Shown here one piece after another: positions 12,140 to 24,957 of a stretch of DNA of 64,000 nucleotides. Source of the DNA: Mobula hypostoma (taxonomy: Eukaryota). Under the pieces are notes generated by a model that did no database searches, was not told the origin of the DNA, and saw only the letters and a list, made by a program, of their open reading frames with translations. How positions within the stretch are numbered: position 1 is the first letter of the stretch; each line of letters starts with the position of its first letter. The stretch is from contig NC_086098.1 of NCBI RefSeq assembly GCF_963921235.1, forward strand, positions 3,906,001 through 3,970,000, read 5' to 3'. A program made the translations under genes and the position numbers.

Positions 12140-13200
12140 GAGGTAAAACAAGGTAAAGCAATGACAATGCAGAAGAAAGTGTAAGAGCCACAGAGAGAGT
12201 GCAGTGCAGGTAACCAATCAGGTGCAAGATCATAATGAGGTACATTGAAAGCTCTGGAGTCCATTTTACCACACAAGAGTGATAACAGCAGGATAGAAGG
12301 TGTCCTTGAGCCTGCTGGGACATCCTTTCAGGCTTTTGTAACCGCTGCCCCATGGAAGGAGGAGAAGAGGGTGGGTGAGGTTCTTAGTTATGCTGGCTGC
12401 TTTCCTGAGGCAACAAGAACGATAGGCAGTCCTTAGTGGGGCTGCCGTTTCCTGTCATGTGCTTGCTGGGTTACATCCACAGCTCTCTCCAGTTCCTTGT
12501 GGTCACGTGCAGAGCGATTGCCATGCCAAGCCGTCATACATCCAAATGAAATGATGCTTCGACAGAAATTGGAATGGGTCGACAGAAACATGCCAAATTT
12601 CTTTAGCCTCCTGAGGAAGTAGAGGCATTGGCAAGTGTGGTTGGGCCAGGTCAGGCTATTTCTGATGAAAACTTTAACCACACTCTGGTTCTTCATTTGA
12701 CCTTCTCTTCATTTTGTTAAAGAGGAAAAGCAGTATGTAAGTTTTGTTAATGGACCAGTAATCCAGGGTCCTTGGATGGTGTTCAAAGACGAGTGGTGCC
12801 TGAGGGATTATCACAAAAAAGTCGTCTTCAAAAGGTAATGGATACAGCCCAGTCCCTTACAAGTAAAGACCTCCCCACCAGTGAGCACATCTGCAATGGG
12901 TCGCAGGAAAGGCAGTGTCCATTATCAAAGGCCCTCACCATCCACGCCATGCGGTCTTCCTGCTGCTGTCATCAGGAAGAAGGTACAACAGCCTGAGGAG
13001 CCTCACCACCAGGCTCAGAAAAAGTTATTGTCCTTGTACCATCAGGCTCCAAAACCTGCACTCACCTCTACGCTGAACTGATTCCACAGTCTATCAACCC
13101 ACTTTCAAGGACTCCACAACTCACGTTCTTAATGTTTATTATTTATTTAGTAGTATTATTTTGTGCTCTTCTTTTTTTGGATCATATCAAATCATTCAAA
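12140..13200. mobile_element. Cluster of old Rex1/L2-like 3' fragments in both orientations
   Basis: 'QCLYFLRRLKKFG' on the minus strand (12433-12696) and 'LQKVMDTAQS' on the plus strand (about 12830), with degenerate 3' UTRs. Confidence 0.65.
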
Positions 13201-14569
13201 CCATACATAGATATAGCTGAATGAGACAGAGTTCCTCTGGGGCCAAGGTGCAAAACATTTAAAATAGCAAGCAAACATTCAGAAATAGCGAGTAGCATAA
13301 TTCAAAATACAGAGCAAAGAACTATATTCACTTGGAAAAAAATCATATATATGGTCCAAGAACCTGAACGGCAATGGTAGTCTCCCGGCAGTGCACAGAT
13401 GCACTCAATCCAGCCTGTCATTCTACCGCTTGAACACAGGAGGGCAGCACTAACAGGAGAGTATTTGCAGTTTGTTGACTTTTGCTGAATTGTTGTGTGG
13501 TTTTTCATTGATTCTTTTAAGTTCCTTTTATTTACTGTGAATGCCCTTAAAAATAAAAAAAATTCTTTGAACTTTTGAATCTATACACATGTAGCAGGTA
13601 ATTCAGACATGACAAGCTCCCACAAGTGGCTCTGCTGGTTTTTTGGCCAATTCAGTTCAATTTAAGATTAATTGTCATTCAGCATACATGAATAACCATG
13701 ATACAGCCAAACGAGATAGCGTTACTCGGGGCCAAGGTACAAAACACAGCTCAAAGCACACATAGCATGTACAAGATAACAAGCACATGTAAGATATCAG
13801 TAAGATGTCTGTTGCTTGAGTTCAAAGTTCAGAGTAAATTTATTATCAAAGTACATATGTATCACCATACACTACCCTGAGGCTCATTTTCTTGTGGGCA
13901 TTCAAAGTAGAACAGAGAAATACAATAGAATCAATGAAAAACTACACACAAAGGCTGACTAACAGCCAATGTGTAAAAGAAGACAAACTGTGCTAATAAA
14001 TAAAGGTAAATAAATAATAGTGAGAACGAGTTGTAGAGTCCTTGAAAGTGAGTCTGTAGGTAAGAGATGTAAATGTGTTAATTTTTGCAGTGAAGCACTT
14101 GCTGAGCTGACAATTATCACATCCAAACAATGCTGAAGCATTTCTTTGGTATTTCAGTGCAATTTTCACAAAACAGTTTCCAGTCTCTTTGAACCCTTAC
14201 CATCACAGAAGGTATTAAGACGAGGTCTGTTAGGATAGGAAACAGATTCTTCCCCAGGCCATGAGACTACTGAACTCCCTGCCACCACCCAGGTCTCATC
14301 ACTTATGAAACGCCAGTAGTGTTATTCTGTTTACTTTTTAATTTGTATCGTAAATGTACCTTATGCTAAGTGTCAATCTTCTGGAATATATTTTTATTAT
14401 TTTTAATAAAGTTTATGTGTTGGGTGTGAGAGTTGTATGTACTGTGTTGTGCACGTTGGTGCAGAGGGACATAGTTAATTCAGTAGTTTACGTGTGTACG
14501 GTTGAATGACAATAAACTTGACCTTGAGCAAAGCAAGCTGACGGGTCAGCAATTAATGAAGTTTATTGA

Positions 14570-14702
14570 CCCGAGATTCTGCAGATGCTGGAAATCCAGA
14601 GTAACACACACAAAACGCTGGAGGAACTCAGCAGGTCAGGCAGCATCTATGTAGTGGAATAAACAGTTGACATTTTAGGCCAAGACCCTTCATCAGCACT
14701 GT
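14570..14702 (-). mobile_element. Penelope terminal-repeat fragment (degenerate hammerhead)
   Basis: Minus strand CAGTG-CTGATGA-AGGGTCTTGGCCT-AAAAT-GTC-AACTG plus the family tail. Confidence 0.7.
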
Positions 14703-14959
14703 ACAAAGAATTCTCATTTCTGTAGCCGTCTTTGAGACTATGGACTCCCTGTACAAATGCAGTATTTGTTGCAGTTATAGAGTCATTGAAAAGTACAGCA
14801 CAGAAACAGGCCCTTTGACCCATCTAGTCCATGCTGAACCATTTATACCTTAAGCAGTTGTGGCTTGGTTAATTTACATTTGATTGAAGCACATTCAGTG
14901 CAATGTTCTCTCTTATTTTTGGAATAAGTAAAATTTGATTTATAATAAAGATAAAAATC

Positions 14960-15975
14960 AAGAGTTCTGGGTCTGTGCTCACTGGAGTTTAGAAGAATGA
15001 GGGGAATCTCATTGAAACCAATCAAATATCACTAGATCGAGTGGATGTGCAGAGTATAGAAACATAGAAAATAGGTGCAGGAGTAGGCCATTCGGCCCTT
15101 CGAGCCTGCACCGCCATTTATTATGATCATGGCTGATCATCCAACTCAGAACCCCGCCCCAGCCTTCCCTCCATACCCCCTGACCCCTGTAGCCACAAGG
15201 GCCATATCTAACTCCCTCTTAAACATAGCCAATGAACTGGCCTCAACAGTTTCCTGTGGCAGAGAATTCCACAGATTCACCACTCTCTGTGTGAAGAAGT
15301 TTTTCCTAATCTCGGTCCTAAAAGGCTTCCCCTCTATCCCCAAACTGTGACCCCTCGTTCTGGACTTCCCCAACATCGGGAACAATCTTCCTGCATCTAG
15401 CCTGTCCAATCCCTTTAGGATCTTATACGTTTCAATCAGATCCCCCCTCAATCTTCTAAATTCCAACGAGTACAAGCCCAGTTCATCCAGTCTTTCTTCA
15501 TATGAAAGTCCTGCCATCCCAGGAATCAATCTGGTGAACCTTCTTTGTACTCCCTCTATCGCAAAGATGTCTTTCCTCAGATTAGGGGACCAAAACTGCA
15601 CACAATACTCCAGGTGTGGTCTCACCAAGGCCTTGTACAACTGCAGTAGTACCTCCCTGCTCCTGTACTCGAAACCATAGTATGGTTCCTATGGTGGGTG
15701 AGTCTTGTACCAGAGGGCACAGCCTCAGAGTAGAGGGATGTCCATTTGGAACAGAGATGAAAAGGAACTTCTTTAGCCAGAGAGTGATGAATCTGTGTAA
15801 TTCATTGTGTATTTAAAGCAGAAGTTGATAGGTATTGATTAACCAGGGGGTCAAAGGTTATAGAGAGAAGGCAGGAGAATGGAGTTGAGAGGGATAATAA
15901 ATCAGCCATGATGGAATGGTGGAGCAGACTCGATGGGCCGAATGGCCTAATTCTGTTCCTATGTCTTAAGGTCTT
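14960..15975 (+). mobile_element. CR1 3' fragment split by a younger antisense CR1 fragment (about 15056-15672)
   Basis: The plus-strand remnant resumes at about 15681 ('MVPMVGESCTRGHSL'). The insert has an uninterrupted 164-aa ORF (15146-15640) and a (tagaaaca)n tail. Confidence 0.88.
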
Positions 15976-16842
15976 ACAAATGTGGGTTAGATGAAGTCTA
16001 ACATTTTCCACAGTTGTTTTAAAATCCAGAATTATTCAGAGAAATTAGTTTCACATTTTTATTTGGCATTGTACTCTCAAGTAACTCATTACTAAGAATA
16101 CCTGTTCTTTGCAAATTTGTCGGGTTGGAGGGTACTCATTTGCACATAAATAGCCATTAACTGGTGTATTCCCAAAGCAGTCTTGTTCTTAGTGGCAACG
16201 GTGACCTAAATTACTCTCTAATTTTTCCTAAATTATTTCCATTTTTTTCCTCATAACTTGAATATTTTCGGTTAATGCATTTTTGCTTCGCGATTAAAAT
16301 ATAATTCAAATGTGGTACATTTTAATATCATGGTAATACCGATGTCATTGAAGTCGCTAATTCTGCACATATTAGAAGAATTAAGGTATTCAAATTCATC
16401 AACTGCATTAAATAATTAGAATAGATTAATATCCCTGTTAACTGCCTTTCAATATAAAGGACGTATCATATAACCCCAAGGAAGTCGGAAACAATGCAGG
16501 ATTTTAGGAACTTAATATCGTCATGAGTGCATTCCAGGTTCTTGAACTTTATTTCATTAACCTGATTGACCTAGGTGATCTTACAGTTGTGCCCCTATCC
16601 CCATTTTATTCCTCTACAAAAGAACAGTTCCCTTCAATTTTCATTCTCAAATTCCTTATGCCTCCCCTCATCCCCTGTGACCCATTCTCCCCATTACTTC
16701 ACAACCAGATGGAGGGAATAACATCTATTTAAATAATCTTCTTTCATAGGTTTTCACAATGTATTTCAAGATGGCTGCAAGGTTGTGGATATCAGTGTTA
16801 ATCAGTAACATAGTCATTCCCAGCACCGGATCCATCTTATTA

Positions 16843-17180
16843 AAGATCTGGGGAGAGTGGATGTAGAGAGGATGTTTCCATATCGTGGGGGGAATCTAGG
16901 ACTGGACAGCACAGTCCCAGTATAGAGGGGCATCTCTTTAGAACAGAGACGAGGAGGAATTTCTTTAACCAGAGGGTAATGAATCTGTGGAATTCATTGA
17001 CACAGACAGCTGTAGAGGCCAAGTCACTGGATATATTTAAAGCGGAGGTTGGTAGGTTCTTGTTAATCGGGTCATCAACGTTTACAGGGAGAAAGCAGGA
17101 GAATTGGATTGATGGAATGGCAGAACAGACCCAGTGGGACAAACGGCCTAACTCTACTTCCACCTCTATGGTCTTCTGGT
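16843..17180 (+). mobile_element. CR1 3' fragment
   Basis: 'NLWNSLTQTAVEAKSLDIFKAEV' and a CR1-type 3' UTR. Confidence 0.82.
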
Positions 17181-17219
17181 TTCATTATGTTGATTCTAAT
17201 AGAGGTATGCAAAATTGGG

Positions 17220-17555
17220 TGCCATGGTAAGGTAGCGTGTAGTGCAATGTTGTTACAGCTCGAAGCTTTGGAGTTCAGTCCTGGTGTCCTCTGTAAGGAG
17301 TTTGTACGTCCATCCCGTGGAATGTGTGGGTTTGCTCCCGCTGGTGTCCTCTGTAAGGAGTTTGTACGTCCACCCCGCGGAATGTGTGGGTTTGCTCCCG
17401 CTGCTCCAGTGTCCTCCCACAGTCCAAAGATGTATCTGTTAGATTAATCGTTCATTGTAAGTTATCCTGTGATTAGGTTAGGCTTAAATCGGGGTTGCAG
17501 GGTGGCGTGGCTCGAAGGGCCGGAAGGACCTGTTTATTATTAAAAATAAATAAAA
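17220..17555 (+). mobile_element. V-SINE-like element with an internal 60-bp tandem duplication
   Basis: tRNA-like head and 'cctcccacagtccaaaga'; 17281-17340 and 17341-17400 are near-identical. Confidence 0.78.
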
Positions 17556-18212
17556 TTAGGAGTGTTGATAAGGTGTTGACAAACAAGCTTCTTTGCAGTG
17601 AGGTTGGGTGAGACTACAACTTGGAGGTCATGGGTTAAGGGTGAAAGGTGATATGTTTAATGGAAACTTGTAGAGGGGGTACTTCTTTGCTGGTGAATTG
17701 CCAGAGCAGGTGGATGCGGGTTTGATTTCAACATTTAAGTGAAGTTTGCATTTGTACGTGGACGGAAAGGGTATAGAGGGCTTTGCTCCAGTTCTGGTCG
17801 CCTCTTTATAGGAGGGATGTGGACGCTTTAGAGAGGGTGCAAGGAGATTGCCAGGACTAGGCAGCATGAGCGAGCTTCGGCTTTTCTCTTCAGCTATTTC
17901 CACTGGAGGAAAAAGACTTTAATCAGGGAGTCCCTTGTGGTGAAGTAAGTTGCGTGCTTTTTGAACTCAGGTTCAGGTTGACTATCACCGACGTATGTGT
18001 GTTGTTTTGTGCTGGCAGTTCAATGCAATACAAAAAAGTTACTATAAGGAATATTTTAAAAAGTACAAGAAACAGAGAGCAAAATAATGAGGTAGTGTTC
18101 ATGGACCATTCCAACATCTGATGGTGCAGGGGAAGAAACTGTTCCCAAAATACTGATTATGAACCAAAATGAAACAAAATGAAAACATCAATTATGCAGA
18201 ACACATTTGTGA

Positions 18213-20022
18213 AAAACATAGGACATAGAACATAGAAAACCTACAGCACAATACAGGCCCTTCGGCCCACAAAGCTGTGCCGAACATGTTCCTACCTTAG
18301 AACTACCTAGGCTTTACCCACAGCCCTCTATTTTTCTAAGCTCCATGTACCTATCCAGGAGTCTCTTAAAAGACCTTATTGTATCCACCTCCACCATTGC
18401 CGCCGGCAGCCCATTCCATGCACTCACCACTCCCTGCATAAAAAACTTACCCTTGACATCTCCTCTGCACCTACTTCCAAGCACATTAAAACTATGCCCT
18501 CTCATGCTAGCCATTTCAGCCCTGGGGAAAATCCTCTGACTATCCATGCGATCAATGCCTCTCATTATCTTGTACACCTCTATCAAGTCACCTCTCATCC
18601 TCTGTCATTCCAACGAGAAAAGGCCGAGTTCACTCAACCTATTCTCATAAGGCATGCACCCCAATCCAGGTAACATCCTTGTAAATCTCTTCTGCACCCT
18701 TTCTATGGTTTCCACGTCCTTCCTATAGTGAGGCGACCAGAATTGAGCACAGTACTCCAAGTGGGGTCTGACCAGGGTCCTATGTAGCTGCAACATTACC
18801 TCTGGGCTCTTAAACTCAGTCCCACAACTGATGAAGGCCAATGCACCGCATGCCTTCTTAACCACAGAGTCAACCTGCGTAGCAGCTTTGAGTATTCTAT
18901 GGACTCAGACCCCAAGATCCCTCTGATCTTCCACATTGCCAAGAGTCTTACCATTAATACTATATTCTGCCATCATATTTGACCTACCAAAATGAACCAC
19001 CTCACACTTATCTGGGTTGAACTCCATCTGCCACTTTTCAGCCCAGTTTTGCATCCTATCAATGTCCCACTGTAACCTCTGACAGCCCTCCACACTATCC
19101 ACAGCACACCCAACGTTTGTGTCATCAGCAAATTTACTAACCCATCCCTCCACTTCCTCATCCAGGTCATTTATAAAAATCACAATGGGTAGGGGTCCCA
19201 GAACAGATCCCTGAGGCACACTGGCCTACATGCAGAATATGACCACTCTACAACCACTCTTTGCCTTCTGTGGGCAAGCCAATTCTGGATCCACAAAGCA
19301 ATATCCCCTTGGATCCCTTGCCTCCTTACTTTCTCAATAAGCCTGGCATGGGGTACGTTATCAAATGCCTTGCTAAAATCCTTATACACTACATCTACGG
19401 CTCTACCTTCATCAATGTGCTTAGTCACATCCTCAAAAAATTCTATCAGCTGGTAAGGTACAACCTGCCTTTGACAAAGCCATGCTGGCTCTTCCTAATC
19501 ATATTATGCCTCTCTAAATGTTCATAAATCCTGCCTCTCAGGATCTTCTCCATCAACTTACCAACCACTGAAGTAAGACTCACTGACCTATAATTTCCTG
19601 GGATACTCCTACTCCCTTTCTTGAATAAGGGAACAACATCTGCAACCCTCCAATCCTCCGAAACTTCTCCCGTCCTCATTGATGATGCAAAGATCATCGC
19701 CAGAGGATCAGCGATCTCCTCACTTGCTTCCCACAGTAGCCTGGGGTACATCCTGTCCGGTCCCGGTGACTTGTCCAACTTGATGCTTTACAAAAGCTCC
19801 AGCACGTCTTCTTTCTTAATATCTACATGCTCAAGCTTTTCAGTCCACTGCAAGTCATCCCTACAATCGCCAAGATCCTTTTCCGTATTGAATACTGAAG
19901 CAAAGTATTCATTAAGTACCTCTGCTATTTCCTCCGATTCCATACACACTTTTCCATTGACACAATTGATTGGTCCTATTCTCGCATGTCTTAACATCTT
20001 GCTCTTCACATACTTGTAGAAA
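18213..20022 (-). mobile_element. CR1-type LINE, 5'-truncated, with full RT region
   Basis: 'DKSPGPD', 'NYRSVSLTSVVGKLME', 'DFSKAFD', 'PQGSVLGP' and 'KFADDT'; (catagaa)n tail; frameshifted. Confidence 0.93.
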
Positions 20023-20249
20023 GTATTATTTGAATTTAGAGTCAGTGTGATCTTATGAAATGACAGTTATTTTTTAATTTGTAGAATTTGTTTTCCATCA
20101 TTAATTGTTTGTCAGTCTTGGTTTACGTACAGGTTTTTTTTCAAATTCTATTGTATTTCTTTATTTTTCTCTGAATGCCTGTAGGAAAAAGAATCTCAGG
20201 CATATACAGGTAGCATATAGATCTTACTTTGACATTGTCTTTGAGAATA

Positions 20250-20790
20250 AGTTTGAAGGAGCAGAAGTTTCAGGTATCAGGGGTCATGAAGTGTGTGAAG
20301 TTGTCATTACCGGAGAGAAGGTTTTTGGGAAACTGAAAGGTCTGACAGTAGATCAGTCAGCTGGCCAGATGGTGTACACCCCAGAGTTCTGAAATAGGTG
20401 GCTCAAGAAATTGTGGAGTCATTAGCAATAATCTTTCAAGAATCACTAGGTTCAGGAATGGTTCCGGAAGACTGGAAAATTGCAAGACTGGATGTGGAGA
20501 GGATGATTCCAATAGTGGAGGAGTCTAAGACCAGAGGACACAGACTCAGAATAAAGGGACGTCCTTTTAGAATAGAGATGAGGGGGAATTTCTTCAGCTA
20601 GTGAGTGGTGAATCTGTGGAAGGCAAGTGTTTATGTATATTTAAGGCAGAGGTTGACAGATTCTTGATTGGTCAGGGCATGAAGGGATATGGGTGAAGAC
20701 AGTTGATTGGGCTGAGAGGAAAATGGATCAACCATGGTGGAACAGAATCGATGGGCCAAATGGCCTGATTCTGCTCCCATATCTTAAGTG
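20250..20790 (+). mobile_element. Internally deleted CR1 remnant
   Basis: 'IFQESLGSGMVPEDWKIA' is fused directly to the C-terminal 'LDVERMIPIVEESKTRGH', so the RT core is missing. Confidence 0.8.
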
Positions 20791-22924
20791 TGAGCAATGT
20801 ATAGCACCAGTCTGATCTGGTGGGCAGCCATTGAATTTCGCGGTCAGTAGTGCAAAAAGAAAGCAAACAAATAATGAGGTGATGTATGTGGCTTCTGCGT
20901 CCATTCAGAAATCTGATGGCGGAGGGAAAGAAGCTGTTCCTGAAACATCCAGTGTGTGTCTTCAGGCTCCGGTACCTCTTCCCTGCTGGTAGCAATGAGA
21001 AGAAGGTAACAATGTCCTGAGTGATGGAGTTCTTAATGATTATTTTACTCAGGTACAAGCCAGTGACCAAATGCATTTAGTTTGTGTTAATTAGCCCGGA
21101 GCTCTTAGTGGATGGTAATATGTTTAGAGTGTAACAGAATTGTGATGTGCTCCTGGTGCGGATCACACAGGGAGGAGGGGGCTCGGGTAACAGTTTCCCA
21201 GAGACAAAAGTTACACATAATTTCAGCTCTGGCAAATTCAGGTAGGAATGTTGGTTACTATTCTACAGAGTTTTGATGGAGAGTTTAATCAATCACAGGA
21301 GCTGTTATATGGGCTCAGCCAGCTCCATCATGAGCATTAGCCGCTCCACCATTGTGGGCACCTTCACAAGGTGGTGTCTCCAGAAGCCGGCATCCATCAT
21401 TACGAACCGTCACCAGCCAGGACAGGCCCTCTTCTTACTGCTACCACCAGGGAGGAGGTACAGGAGCTGGAAGACAGATACTCAGGGTTCTACGAAATAG
21501 CTGCTTTTCCCTCTGCCATCAGTTTTCTGAACCATCCATGAAAACTATCCCCAGCAACCCCACAACCCTGACCTCACCTAATCACCGGACATTTGACCTG
21601 CCCGGTATGTCTTTGGACTGTGGTAGGAAACCGGATCACCCAGGGGAAACGCACAGAATTCTACTGAAATTGAGCAATATAGTGAGATAGTGTTCACAGA
21701 CCATTCAGAAACCATTCAAAATGCCCCAAGCTGTAACAGCATTCTGCTACCCACTGGCCCAGAAGTCACAGGCACCCACTGCAACCAAGGGAGACCAACT
21801 GCCCCAGTTCAATGGCTTTTCCACTTTAAAAATTCTCGTGCACGTTTCTTCATGCAGTCCACATCATCAAAGCACTGCAGAGTTCTCAGTCTCATCGTCG
21901 GATATGATGGACAAGCAATCAATCAGACTGAGTGTGAACTCGGTTATTCACAGAGCACTTGAAAGACTTATTTACTTATGATTATTAGTAGAAATGAAAT
22001 CGGCAGAAGATTATTTAGACTGCTAGGAAGAAGACCATTTCCTTAAGGAAAGATTTAGGAATGCTCATGTTCACATTACACACTAGCATTTGTATAGAAA
22101 CCGTTTTTTTTTGCCTGGCTCTTCAGTGTCTCTCAAGTTGTGTTTAATAAAAGTCTCCTGCTGCATGGCCATAAGTGTGAAAGCCGCGCTCTGTAGTAAT
22201 ACCCAGATTAATGAATTCAGAAATAATCAATAGTTCCAGCTCAATATAGATTATGTGCAACCTTGCTCTGAGGAGTCTAATGCTAGAAAATTACTGAAGT
22301 GTCCGACAGGCAGAAGTACTGTAAAACAGCAGCCTCCACAGTGGATGTCTTTGATCGTGATGAATGAAAGGACAGAGGATCAGCTCAGGCCTAAATGAGA
22401 TTATGGGTAGTTCAGGAGCTTATCGGGCCTAATGCTAACTAGTGTGGCTTTTCTCATCCAAGGGTTTTTGCAGCAGACTCTCTTTATCATGTATCATCGT
22501 TCTCCTTCACAGTGGCAGGCATTAATCCCCTCCTTCAACCTCATCCAGTTAAAGGCTTCTGCCCGAGTCATGCTGAGTGTAAACCATTCTCAGCTTCAGA
22601 GGAAAGGAGAGGCACCTGCCATTGATTCACTCCCAGCTATGTTTGATGTGGAAAGACCAAGTAATTGGAGACTTTAACCCTTTCTCTTTCAAATAACCCA
22701 AGAGTGAGGTGGCGCAAAGCAGTCATTTCAGGCAGCCTGAGGTTCACTCATTCCAGAGAAATTTCCTCACAAAATATGCTTGATTGTAATCATTCAAGTA
22801 ATTTAAGGGAACAAGTTGTAGCCTGGCATTTGACTCCAAGATGTATTTATTTAATTATGGCTGCCGCAGAAATGCAGGATTTAATGGCAAAGTGGAAATC
22901 TGTTTGAAGAGCACTTCATTGGGC

Positions 22925-23310
22925 ACCTTCGCTCCTTCTGCCAGAAAAGGCCGGATTTCCTGGTGGCCACCCGTTTTTTTCTACTTCCCATTCCCATTTC
23001 GACATGTCAGTCCAGGACCTCCTCTACTGCCAGGATGAGACCCTCAGGTTAGAGGAGCAACATCTCATATTCCGTCTGGGTAGCCTCCAATCTGACGGCA
23101 AGAACATTGGTTTCTCTAACTTCAGTAATTTCTTCTCTTCCTACTTCACTCTTTTTTCATTGTCTATTCTGGCTCCCCTCTCACCCCTTCTCTTCTCACC
23201 TGGCCATCACCTCCTCCTTCCTATGGTCCACTCTCCTTTCCGATTCCTCCTCCTACAGCCTATCCACCTATCACCTCCCACCCACCAAGCTTCACCTATC
23301 ACCTGGCCTG
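22925..23310 (+). mobile_element. Penelope-like element 3' remnant (GIY-YIG C-terminus and UTR)
   Basis: 'LLYCQDETLRLEEQHLIFRLGSLQSDGKNIGFSNF', homologous to 27000-27115 and 59570-59660. Confidence 0.8.
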
Positions 23311-24281
23311 GAATGCACTGTCAATGGTGGTAGGGAGGCAAGTACATAACAGGCATTTAAGAAATTCTTAGATAGACACATGGGAGAGAGAAAAATGGAG
23401 GGTAACGTAGAAGCAAAGGGTTTGGTTAATTTTAAAGTAGATAAAAAGTCATCAAAACATTAAGGGATGAAGGGCCTGTACTGTGTTGTAATATTCAATG
23501 TTCTGTATCTGATAAGAATGTTACCCTACCTGCTGTGGAAAATATTTTGAAATTGAAGTATTGTTTAGCATAAATGAATATCTTTTACATGACTGAGATT
23601 CTCCTAACTTTCTTGGGAACTGTTTAATAAATTAAAAGTTAATTGACTATTGTTCTCTCCATTTGATTTCTCCAGAGTTCAATGTTATTGGAATTATCAG
23701 TTGGTGTTTTTCAATTAGAGTAGAAAGGAATTATTTGTTTCTAGATTCTGGTTCATACATAAATCTTTTGAAGGATGCAAGTAAGTCGATCAAGCTATGT
23801 GACATGACAAAAGATATCTGGGACTTTATGACTCAAAGTTTAACAAGCCAAAGTGAAAGTCACAGTTTCAGCCTCATTTGGAGTATTGTATCCAGTTTAA
23901 GTAGAACCCTCCACACCTCACCCACCACCACTACATTATCATTTTCAATCAGAGTCACCTTATGTACAGACACTCCTGTGCCTAGTGTCACCTTATGAAC
24001 ATACAATTAATCTATGTATATCTTATGTATTTTTATTATTGTTTTTTATTCTTTATCTTACTGTGATTTTTTCACTGTATCAGATTCAGGGTAACAACTA
24101 TTTTGTTCCCCATTACACTTGTGTACTGGAAATGACATTAAACACCCTTGAGTTTCTTGAATGTCGGCGATTGAATACTTGACAAGGACAATTTTGCAAA
24201 CGTACCTGGAATATGGTTTTCTTCTAAATCACACACCAGTTGCATTTGAGATTATGTCAGTATTTTTGAATCACTCCTGTC

Positions 24282-24523
24282 GTTTACTGTGGTACCCAAT
24301 GACAGTACAATCTTACAGTCTTCCTGATGTTTACAGTGGTATCCAAAGACAGCACAATCTCACTGACTTCCTGAAGTTTACAATGGTACCCAAAAACATT
24401 ACAGAATCACTGACTTCTTGACGTTTATAGTGGAACCCAAAGACAGCACAACCTCACTGACTTCCTGAAATTTACAATGGTACCCAAAAACAGCACAGAA
24501 TCACTGACTTCTTGATGTTTATA
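24282..24523. repeat. Tandem repeat with 46-47 bp units arranged as a 93-bp dimer
   Basis: About five units of 'gtttaca(g/a)tggtacccaaa(g/a)acagcaca...tcactgacttc(c/t)tga'; alternate units are more alike; a partial unit resumes after 24836. Confidence 0.8.
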
Positions 24524-24835
24524 AATAAAGGCATCCGTTAGTCTTGCGAGACCATGGATCTGCACCTGGAAAGTCTTCACTCTCCAGAGTGTAGGCCTGG
24601 GCAAGGTTGTATGGAAGACCAGCAGTTGCCCATGCTGCAAGTCTCCCCTTTCCACGACACTAATGTTGTCCAAGGGATGGGCATTAGAACCCATACAGCT
24701 TGGCACCAGTGTCATCGCAGAGCACTGTGTGATTAAGTGCCTTTCTCAAAGACACAACACACTGCCTCGGCTGGGGCTCGAACTCATGACTTTCAGGTCG
24801 CTAGTCGAATGCCTTAACCACTTGGCCACGTGCCA
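24524..24835 (-). mobile_element. Full-length tRNA-derived SINE with a CORE-like domain
   Basis: Minus strand has A box TGGCCAAGTGG, B box GTTCGAGCC and a CORE-like 'gtgtctttgagaaaggcacttaa'; perfect 13-bp TSD cttgatgtttata at 24511-24523 and 24836-24848. Confidence 0.88.
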
Positions 24836-24859
24836 CTTGATGTTTATACTGGTGCCCAA

Positions 24860-24957
24860 AAGTCTGGATGAAGGGTCTTGGCCTGAAACATCAATTGTTT
24901 ACTCTTTTCCTTAGATGGTGCCCGATCTGCTGAGTTCCTCCAGCATTTGTTTGTGTT
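24860..24957 (+). mobile_element. Penelope terminal-repeat fragment (degenerate hammerhead)
   Basis: AGTC-TGGATGA-AGGGTCTTGGCCT-GAAAC-ATC, then 'ctgctgagttcctccagcattt'. Confidence 0.7.

Noticed and set aside
24760..24835. tRNA gene (also 55260-55331 and 33884-33955)
   Set aside because: A and B boxes are present, but each runs on into a SINE body; two have TSDs and I could not fold a convincing cloverleaf.
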